Source of the DNA: Ophelia neglecta
Taxonomy: Eukaryota
NCBI GenBank assembly: GCA_965285935.1
Contig: OZ260665.1
Location: 63,922,001-63,986,000, forward strand
Direction: 5' to 3'
DNA: 64,000 nucleotides
Part shown: positions 1 to 11,200 of the stretch, one piece after another
Layout of the letters: each line of letters opens with the position of its first letter
Numbering within the stretch: position 1 is the stretch's first letter
Translations under genes and position numbers: made by a program
The notes under the pieces: generated by a model
Databases searched by the model: none
What the model saw: the letters and a program-made list of their open reading frames with translations, nothing else
What the model was told of the DNA's origin: nothing

Positions 1-1691
1 GCTGAACATCCCCTTTTCTACTTCCTGTTTATAGATTAATTGTGTTAGCGGTAAACAGAACTTTGTTATTGTCCAGGGGACATCCAGATATCTGATCGTT
101 GATCTCTGTCTTTTTAATGCTGACATCCATAGTCTGAGATTTATAAATCATGTCTCCTAGTGTTTGCCATAACTGTGTCATAATACCAAAGAAATTACAA
201 ATAACACAGAATTTAGGATTTGGCTCACAGTGTTTAATACACAGGAATTTGTAATTTTAATCAGTTGCTTCCATTAGATTCAGCATGTGGTGTTCTCTGT
301 TTACACTCTGTTAACCTTATTTTCATGCTATGCTGGGGGGAATCCTCAGAGTTTAATAGTACCTGATGTGGTATTTTGCAATTTGGACTATTGTTTTTTA
401 CCGTTGTGATAGTGCATATTTTGTTTGTACATGTACAGGTTGATTTATGATTGGTTTATCACCATAGAGGTGAATGTACACCTAATAGGGTTATACAAAC
501 AGTCATTGTACATGTACCTCCCAGTTTTCTTTTACTTCCATGTTAATTCTTAGACTGGTTTTATGGATCGGACATACATGCAACTCTGTCTTGTCTCTGA
601 CCAATGATACATATATTGAATATATATATCAGTATTTTCTTAGCACATTAAAGCAATACTGCAATGAATTTTTTCACAAAAATATAATAGTAATATTTTC
701 TATGCTATTGCCAGGTTTGAGGTTTAATTGGTTGCCATGTGTAAGCAATAGGTAAGGTTGATCAAAATGATGTTTGTATTGTTTCATTGATAGTGTATAA
801 CAGGAAATCATCCATGTACATGCTGCTCAAGTGCAGGTCTATTTTGATCATATTCGCTGCCTGAACACCTCAATTGATTCCCTTCACCAGCAGGCTGTAT
901 GTCTTGATGCTGCATATCAAATAATATAGATTTGGTTGTTTATAAGCAAACAGTGCATTAGACTGACTGCAGCATGCAGACACAGCGCCAGCTGAACCTA
1001 GCCACGACGCAGAATGCTGAGTGTGGCAGCTGGGCTCATCGGGATAGACCCCTGAACAATAGTGATTAATGACCCTGAGCATTGTAGCATTTTCTCTCAG
1101 CCAAGTCAATAGCCTTCTGTTTAGTTTTGCAATCGATACCTGGATGCTGCAAATTCCACTGCTCAATGTGTAATGTTTGATCAAAACAGGGATTCATTTC
1201 TTGTGATCTCATTGCCATGTGATATCTGTGACATGACATGACACCCCTGATCTCTAGGATTACATTGTTGGCACCCTTTAACAGTGCTAAGGTCAAATTT
1301 GGAATTTTTATGGGATGATTATGGTAATGTTCGTCTCTGCTACAATTTTGTGATGGACTTCATTCACCATTGATATTCTAGTCACATGGCTAGTGGAAGT
1401 TAGAAGAAATCAATGGAATACCAGGTGCTTTTAATTCCACTGTTGGTTTTATTTCTCCATCTAGAAGTGAAGGCTATGAAACTGTTACCCTATGCTTTGG
1501 GCTTCACTGGTCCTTCAATATCTTGTACATACACAGGATAATATCCCTACTGTGCATTTTGTTTTGACAAAGAATGAGTATTAAACTTAGGTTGAACAGA
1601 CCTAAAAAGACTGACTTGTTAAAAGTGATTTTTCATACACACAACATGTGTATGTGAATGTTCAGGTATATCCATTTGAGAGTGTAAGGAT

Positions 1692-1898
1692 ATGGATTGG
1701 GAGGTGGAGGAGTATTTTTCTGATGATGGTCAGGACAACTCTCACTATCCCACTTTGGTAAACAGGATCCCTGTATTTCCTTCAGTTATTATATCTAACT
1801 ATGCCAGTCGTCAACCCCATCGTCAGCATTCCAACTCATCGGGCACATCCAGTCGTTACAATGGCCGTCTTCTCCCAGCCTCTCCTGGGTTTTCAAAG
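1692..1898 (+). CDS. Candidate alternative first coding exon of myosin XV (69 aa, MDWEVEEY...GFSK)
   Basis: Acceptor TTCAG at 1661-1665, in-frame TGA at 1677-1679 upstream of ATG 1692, and a phase-0 donor AAG|GTACAT after 1898 that matches the phase-0 acceptor of exon 2289. Confidence 0.55.
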
Positions 1899-2288
1899 GT
1901 ACATAAACATAAATATACACCCCAGTGTACAAGGATTTTAACAAGTGTAAATGTACACCTGGGCTTTCACATCTTAGTCATTTGTTTTGATATGTGAACA
2001 TTTATTGCTTAAACTTGATTTGCTAAGTGCTCTGTGGGTACTTCTATATCATAAATATTCATTAGTTTAGAAGTTGGGGGCCTATATTATCAAGTGTGTG
2101 GCCTCTCCCCTGATAAGTGTTGTGCAGCTGCTTTAAACTGACTTGAACGGGGCAACATTATGCTGTTATATGCTCCTGTTTTATTATGGTATTGACCTCA
2201 GTCTGGTGACTTTTGAGTTAAATGATACTGCATCACATCATTTTGTATTGAACATGGCTGCTATATAGTTTTGGGTATTGTTTTGCAG

Positions 2289-5200
2289 CTTCAGCCAAGG
2301 ATGGAGGTTGCCCATCTTGAAATTCCCTCAGAGCTTGGATATATATTTAGCAAGTTAAATGGTAAGTTAATAAGTTTTGTACATAGCTTTGTGCACCTTA
2401 TGAGTAAATTCTAACAATATGAAACATGTGTAAATAAATATTAAATATTACATCAGTGACCATAACCAGTATGGGCACTTTTCCTGCTGCCTGCTGACAC
2501 ACATTGTGGAGGTACTTTTAACCATTATTTCACTTCATTTTCAATAAAACTGTGTGCTTGATGTGTGTTCACCATACTGATTAATTAATTGATATAAACT
2601 CAGTGCGGCAGCCTCTTCATAATGAGAAGAATGTGAAACAAACTGAGGGCCATGTGGAGCTGAGGAACCTGGACCTGAGACTGCCCCATGACGTCAATGC
2701 CTATGACTTCTCTAAATATGTCAGCATCTACTTCAAGGTACAGACAGCCACTTTGGTGGATAAAATATCTCTTTCTGTTGTTTGAGAGTGAGTCGGGGTA
2801 GATCCACCACATTTATCTCATAATATTAAGGGTAGGAACAAGACTTAATACCAATGCCTTCAACTTTTTTCAAATACACAATGTGTAGTGCTTTAATACT
2901 TCATAAGGGGTTAGCAAGGTGGGTGGGTACCAGCGCGCGAGTATAGAAAATAAAAACAAGAGAAAAAAACTTCTAATACATGAAAGTAAGAAAACAAAAA
3001 TTTACATATTACATAAAATAAACACACATACAGTATTAATGGAGCAGTGGAAAAAAATACATATACACTAAGGAGTTACCGAACCTTTACTGTGTTGTTA
3101 TTAGAGTATCTACTGGAATCTGCCAGTAGTTAACAGATTAACATGCACGTATATACTTCATTGCACAGTCACTCATCTGAAGTGCCCTGAAAGTGCTTTT
3201 TTTCTGTCTGAACTTCAAACCTTGGGTGGGCCCCTGATAATCTCTGACCTCAACAATGTTTCAATATTTCACCCTTGAAACATCAGTAGTTTGACTGGAT
3301 ATCTAACTGCTGAGTCCTTGACTTGTGAAAGAATGAAGTTCAAAGCAAACATGTTTCCATGTAAACTAATTAGTCTGCCACTATAAAAGAATTAGAAATA
3401 GACTCTTTTGTTGTCCTCTTTAAACCAGAGGGACATACACGTATGCTAAGTACAGCTGTAAGCCAGATGGAAATTCTAAAAGGTCATTTTTTTTAAAACC
3501 AGTTATGCTTCAATAACAGTCTGTTTTGAAAATTTTAATATATAAGCCTGGGGAATATTGTCTTCTCTCTCATGATATGAAAATTTTGTCATTACAACAA
3601 AGTGGTCAAAATGTATAATCGCCTTAAATTGCAAAGTGATTGAGCAATTTGACCAACATTGTTATGATGTTTGCTCTTATGCAATCTATAAGCATAGCGT
3701 GATATACATGTACTTGAAAGGAAAATCATGTGTAATTTGGGTACCATAGCAGCTATAAACAAATCTTTGTAACATCTTAGGAGATAAACCTGTTGAGTGT
3801 CCTGTGAACCTTTAGGATATTATAGGCTGCAGAGCTGAACTTGGCTGCCATGATTAAAGTTAAATCACCAAAATCTGTTTTATCTGGATTCATTTTAATG
3901 GCAAGAGCTTAAAGACTGATTTATGATTGTAGAGAATAAATAAATTTATTGGTGTGTGTATTGGACTCTCAATTTCCCATCAGGATTGTAGCTGGTCACT
4001 CCCAGTGGCTGGCCAGCCAATCAGCGACTGTTTTGATCAGCGTGAAGAAGAGACAATCTAAACGGTTCATTGCATCTTGAGATGAATTTGAACATTATGT
4101 TCAACTTAATGATTTATGATTAAAATGTATCACATTTTACTATATTTAAACATACAGGTACACTTGTACATGAACCTAAGTGTTACATTTTAGATAGCAT
4201 GTAGAGTACATTTGATAATGATCATACTGGGCTTTGACCTGAGATGTTAAGGTCAATCTAAATATGTCTATTTCAGGTCAACTGCTCCATATTTTTTTCT
4301 TCGTTTTCAATATGATACAATGCATTACCCTTATATGGTGAAATTAAGATAAATACATATTAAATGTACATATTTCCTTACCATAAAAGGGTCACGAGTT
4401 GCGACCTCTTCAGGAGCCACTCACATCACCGTTTCTGGACCAAAGAAATGATTCAAATGTAAAGGATGCATTGGCTATTTTCAAACTGGTAAGCAAAATT
4501 AATTGTCTGATTTTTTTAATTGTGACCTAGAAGATCCCCTGTATCCAGACCCTGGCTGATTCCCTGAGGTGAGCTCTCCTAATATGCTGATGAGCTCCTT
4601 GTCTATCATGAAAGTATGAATCAATTAATTTTCCTCTGGAAAGAGACGTTATATTTTATAATAATGATTATTGTAATTATTAATTTAATTCATTTGAACA
4701 TTTAGTATTTTTAATTCTCAGATCCTGCGGTATATGGGAGATTCTAATCTGGTTGGCCAACGAAAACAGGCCCTGGCTGACTATATTGTGTACAAGGGCG
4801 AGTCCAACGCAGACATCAGAGATGAGATTTATGTCCAGCTGGTAAACCAGACATTTGGTATCAGCAATGAAGCAGCACTCCAGAAAGGCTGGGTGCTAAT
4901 TACTAACTGTCTCAGCTGCTTTCCACCAAGTCCAAGTCTCTCCAAATATCTACTCAAGTAGGGGTCTCATTTAAATTTATTTGTATTTAGTGTATCCCGG
5001 TAGGATCCAATAATCTGTGAAAGGAAACATCTCTTGTTATTGTGTGATATGTAATAGCCAGATGATTTTTGATGATACATTGTATATGAAGTTGTTTAAG
5101 TATTGAAGAAATTATCAGTCTAGCTGGATGAGCAATTACTCATGGGTCAAATGGAGTTATTTGAGTATTATTAAGAATTCTTCCATGACGTCAAAACTCT

Positions 5201-8200
5201 TAATGAGGATATTTTTATACTTCAGTAATTTCTCTGTTCTCATGTTACACCTTGACCCTTTGATTTCATTGGAGTCCCCGATTTAATTAAAGTCCCGATA
5301 TATATTTCCAGGTATGTATCTGATCATGCCTATGACGGTTACAAGCTGTACTGTCAACACAAGTTGTTACAGTGTATGGAGATTGCCCCTGAGCTCTCCA
5401 GGTGCTATGCCCCCTGTCTATTGGAGTGGAAAGCTGCGGGCGAGAAAGCTTGTATGGCTCTGGAGGCTTACTGTGGAGATGGTAGGCGGCCAGTTAGTTT
5501 TAAAGAATGATTAGCCTGTTCGTGTTCCTTTTATACATTGCTTGGTAAAAAGAATTCCATGATTTTTAGTATTTTTGTTAATACATGCGTATCAAATGAC
5601 GGACAGGTACTTGGAGGATAGATTGTCTCTAGATCTATCAACCTTTAGTTCTGTTTGTTTCTTATTGTTATTACTTGCTTTAATGAAACTGAATATAAAT
5701 TAATTGGAATTAAGTTTTTGTCATATTTTGATATACAGGAGGCAAAAATTATGGCCATGTTGAATCATGGATGACAGCAGAGGAGTTTGCATCACAGCAC
5801 ATACAAAACAGGTAAACCAATTCCCTTGAATTTTTTTTATTATTAAATCATTTCTGTATTGTTTGAGAAGAAATTGGCCACAACATGAAGCATCACTATG
5901 AGTCAATGAGGAGACAGTCTTTGGTATCAGCTAGCTACCAGCATGGGAAAGCCATGTGTAAATGAGATTAAACCAGTGACGTAGAGCACCGAAACACTCA
6001 TTGAAAACAATGAAATATTATAGGCAAATGAAATTTACAAGCTCATACAAACAAACCATAAAATTTGTTTTTTTTCCTCTTAATTATTAAGAAATGAGAA
6101 ATTGCTGACTGAGGATATGCAACGTGTTAAAACTGAAAGCTTCAAAAATATAAGCTCTATGTGTCACTGTACAATTAGTGGTGTATGCATCAAGACGTTC
6201 ATATGGCTGTAGGCTTGTAGTTTGGAATATATACAATGCCATGGTGATGTTTATTAACTTACCAGTTGACAATACCAACAGGAACATAGAAGAAGGTCAC
6301 CATGGGTGGACTGTGGCTCTGAGAGATGAGAGTGACGTGTACGAGTGTGCAGGCCATGATTACCTCCTGGATATGATCAGCGAGATGGAGATCCCACCAT
6401 ACTTCCCATCATGCAAAGCCTACTTTCTGGTCAGCAGTGACCGCCCCAAAGAAAGCAAACGAAGGAAACTCTTCATTGACACGTGAGTATTCTCTCTCTT
6501 TTTCTCCAAATTGAATATTATAGGACTATGCATCTATTATATTTAACAAAGAGTGATGAAGAGAACAAAAACTATTGCTATAGTCTGAGATTCAAATTTG
6601 TCTGTTGCCTGTCAGTATTTCTCAATTTATTTAGTAGTAAACAAAAGGAACATGATTTATAATTTACAACAGACCTCACCATGCTGATAACCCCCGCAAA
6701 ATGGAACTACCAATAGAGGAGTTGACTAAACCCACCCCGGCCTCCCCCAGGCCTCCCCTGCAGCCCAGCTCCTTCTTTCAACATCCCAGTAGCAAGAACG
6801 GAGATGCGGATTACGTATCCAGGGAGGAATTGCTCTCAGGTAGCATCCTCAACAAAAGAGACCTCAGCAATAACCCTGACCTGTCTAAGAATAGCATACT
6901 GAACATCAGATATGTTAAGAGGCCTGCTCCTCCACACCCTCAGTCTACCATCTCCACACTGGAATCTGAGGGCCAGCCATCCCCAAGGCCTGACTCGTCT
7001 GCTCCTCCTCTAGCTGCCAACAGCAAGATGAACAAGAGGTATGTGGCACCAGGCGATATCAAAATTGACTTGCCTCACACTAGACTCAATAACCGGTACA
7101 CTATCGCACAGGATAAGTTTTTCCCCAATGGAGATCTTCCAAATGGAGATCACTTTCCAAACGGCGTTCAAAATGGCAATGTTGACTTGTCTGGAAATGG
7201 TCAGCCCAACTCGCGTTATGCAAAGAATCCTAATGTAAATCGATCTAGTGCACATTTGGAGCACTCGGCAAAGGATCAGATTCTCAGGAAGCATCGACAA
7301 CAACCAGTAGTTTCCTCAGGTCGGTCTGATGTTTCCGACTTAGATCGATGGGTAGATGACGTTTTTGACAGGGTGCTTGATGGCAATGTTGATGAGTTAA
7401 ATGAACAACGGACTCTGGAAAACAGGCTGAAAGGTGGTGGAGATAACCCCTTCCAGGTAGGTCACATTCTCTTATTATTATTATTTCAACAAGTATCATT
7501 ATTAAATTTTTTTTTAACAAGCCTCAAAATAAATGTGAAAAATTGAGAGACGGTGTAGTGTTAGTTAAAGTTATTGTGAACAAAAATGTATTGTTATGGT
7601 GAAAGCTGTCTTATATTTGTCTCCAGCAGCCTGTATATTCCACCATGATTAATACGGGCATGCCAGGGACCTCCACCTCCTTCCCTGTCACACAGCCACT
7701 GTACACCCAAACCACTAGTCTAGGAACAGGTAAGTTGGAAATTAATAATGATAATTAAACTGTAGGTTTATTTATGCGTGACTTAGTAATGCAATATTTA
7801 GGATTTACTTGTTTATAAGATAGTTATCTAATATTGCCAGTAATGCATGCACATGTTTTTAGGTGCTAAAATCAGCTGTTAGTGTCTTTATATTTGATGA
7901 TTTATTCATTTATGGGTGTATTTTCCCCTTTGGTGTGGGACTGACATGGGGTGATGTCAATCAGTCAGTAAGTATTGCCCAAGATCTGCCTTGGCTGGGT
8001 GCAGGGCTAGTGTGGGGTGAAGTCCACCAGTCAGTGAGAATCAAGGATCTCCCTTGGCTGTGTGGGGCGATGTCCACCAGTCAGCAAGGAGTCTAAAACT
8101 ACCTTGGCTGAGTATGGGATGATGTGGGGCAATGTCCACCAGTCAGCAAGGAGTGAGGAACTCCCTTGGCTGAGTGTGGGATGATGTGGGGTGATGTCCA

Positions 8201-11200
8201 CCAGTCATTGAGAAGTCTAGATCTTCCTTGGCTGGGTGTGGGATGATGTGGGGCGATGTCCACCAGTCATTGAGAAGTCTAGATCTTCCTTGGCTGGGTG
8301 TGGGATGATGTGGGGCGATGTCCACCAGTCATTGAGAAGTCTAGATCTTCCTTGGCTGGGTGTGGGATGATGTGGGGCAATGTCCACCAGTCAGTGAGAA
8401 GTCAGGAACTCCCTTGGCTGGGTGTGGGATGATGTGGGGGGATGTCAGTCAGTCAGCGAGGAGTCAGGATCTCCCTTGGCTGGGTGTGGGATGATGTGGG
8501 GAGATGTCCACCAGTCAATGAGAAGTCAGGAACTCCCTTGGCTGGGTGTGGGATGATGTGGGGAGATGTCCACCAGTCAGTGAGAAGTCAGGAACTCCCT
8601 TGGCTGGGTGTGGGATGATGTGGGGGGATGTCAGTCAGTCAGCGAGGAGTCAGGATCTCCCTTGGCTTGGTGTGGGATGATGTGGGGCGATGTCCACCAG
8701 TCAATGAGAAGTCAGGAACTCCCTTGGCTGGGTGTGGGATGATGTGGGGCAATGTCCACCAGTCAGTGAGAAGTCAGGAACTCCCTTGGCTGGGTGTGGG
8801 ATGATGTGGGGGGATGTCAGTCAGTCAGCGAGGAGTCAGGATCTCCCTTGGCTGGGTGTGGGATGATGTGGGGCGATGTCCACCAGTCAATGAGAAGTCA
8901 GGATCTCCCTTGGCTGGGTGTGGGATGATGTGGGGCAATGTCCACCAGTCAGTGAGAAGTCAGGAACTCCCTTGGCTGGGTGTGGGATGATGTGGGGGGA
9001 TGTCAGTCAGTCAGCGAGGAGTCAGGATCTCCCTTGGCTGGGTGTGGGATGATGTGGGGGGATGTCCATGAGTCAGTGAGGAGTCAGGATCTCTCTTGTC
9101 TGAGTGTGGGATGATGTGGGGGGATGTCCATGAGTCAGTGAGGAGTCAGGAACTACTTGGCTGGGTGTGGGATGATGTGGGGCGATGTCAGCCAGTCAGC
9201 GAGGAGTCAGGATCTCCCTTGGCTGGGTGTGGGATGATGGGGTCGATGTCAATCAGTCATTGAGTGGTCAGGGATCTCTCTTGGAGAAGAAATAAGCACC
9301 AATTTATTCATTTAGTTATACCTTAATTTTATGTTATGTTCTCCCCATTAACTTAAGAATTATGAAGTTTTGGAAATTCAATGAGGGAATTTACCCATAT
9401 CTCTGTCTATGGTTGGTTGGTTGGTCGTTTGGGATTTTATGTGGCTTTTAACACTTATCGCCATGTTGCCTACTAGTGACAGTGGGCTTAATGCACTCTT
9501 TAGAGTGCTGCCTCACTGGAGTACCTAATGTGGACAGCAGACAGGGAACCCCACCCAGTCACATTATACTGACACCGGGTTGGCCAGTCCTGGTACTACC
9601 CCCTGAAATGCGCGGCACCTGGTAGGGGAGCTATCAGTACCTATTATTATGTCTTGGGTTTGACACGTTCAGGATTTGAACCCTGATATACTACTTGCGA
9701 GGCAACTCCGTCTATGGGTTGAACCCTGAATAGGTCATAGAGTTAAGATAACCTGGGACACCAAATCCAAGGTCACAAGTGTTTTCAACCATTTTATAGC
9801 CATTATTAAAACTTAATTAAAGCCATATATGCTGTTGGTTGTCAGTGCTGGAGCTTTAGAATAAATAGGGCTGGACTGCTCTTACATGTTAAGTGTGTGG
9901 ACTACTCTTACATGTTAAGTGTGTGCACAAAATGTATGTCCTTGTCCCAGGCTAAGTCTTACATATATCTTAAGAGATATGCTTAGCTGACCCCAACATA
10001 TGCCAAGATCAAGCATGATGAAACTGATGATATAAAATTCTGTTCAGTATTATTATTGTATGCATTGATATACAAAAGGGACAAAGCCCATCTAGAATCT
10101 GATATCACTTAATGTGTAACTTTTTGGGCCTGTGTTTGAATGGTTTTTAAACACACGTTTGAAGTTCAGAAGTTCAGTTAGTTATAGTTTGTGCCTGGTG
10201 ATGCCAGTTAATATTCCCTTGCCAGTAGTGGGTGGATGTTATCATAAATTCATTTTGATAGTCAATGTTTATATTAAGCCTACGAAAGTAGCACAGTAGA
10301 GCTATTCAGCAGGTAAAAAAATCAGTGAAAATAGATGTGAACTTCATGCAAAAATGTCTTGCCCCAGGCAAGAGTCAAACACTGATTTGGTCAAATTCTG
10401 CATATTGAGATGATAACATGGTATGGATAAAGAGGTGGAGTACTGGTGGTTTGCAGAATATATCTGCTCTTAACATATAATAAACTAGCAAGTAATATGA
10501 TATATTACCGGTATATGGCTAAGGGTGGTTTGGACTTTGACATGTCAGTAAAAATTTTGTGAACTGTCAGTAAGATCAAAGTACAATGTCCTTGGGCAAA
10601 TACGGAGATTGCTCCTATGTATTGTGCTACCACCTCTCTGGTAGCTTGAAGTATACCACCAGCACATAAGAGCTAGGAAGCCTACAAGTTCTTGCAATGA
10701 GAGCAATGAAATTTTATATCACAATGAAATTCATGGATTTCATTGCAATTGGTTTTATTTTGAAACTACACAGGTTTGCATAGTATGATTTGCAGCCTTT
10801 TTTATTTTGACTCACTTGGCTTGGGTTAATGTGGCAGGAATATTGATGTAAAAGTTCATAACTGACATGTATATTTATAGTCTGTGAGCCAGTTGATTGC
10901 TATACACCTCCCATTCCCACCACCTGTGTTTAGATTTGTTTTGCAAATGCCAGGTACAAACAATTCATACATTTAAAAGTTTTAAACTGTCTTATCACAG
11001 GATCAGAAAGCTATGCCTAAACTGAAAACTGATCCCATGGAAATTTTTACTTGTTCAAACTTTATTTTTTATCACTGCATTCTAGCTTGGGGACATCACC
11101 CATATTCACGACAGCACCCTGCATATTCATTGATTGTTGTACTCTAAGGCATTTAGAACCAACAAGCATGGCCGAGTGTTTAAGGCGTCTGCCTCGCAAG

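Noticed and set aside
7930-9285. Regularly spaced repeats resembling a CRISPR array
   Set aside because: There are no unique spacers and no cas genes, and the context is a eukaryotic intron. It is a minisatellite.
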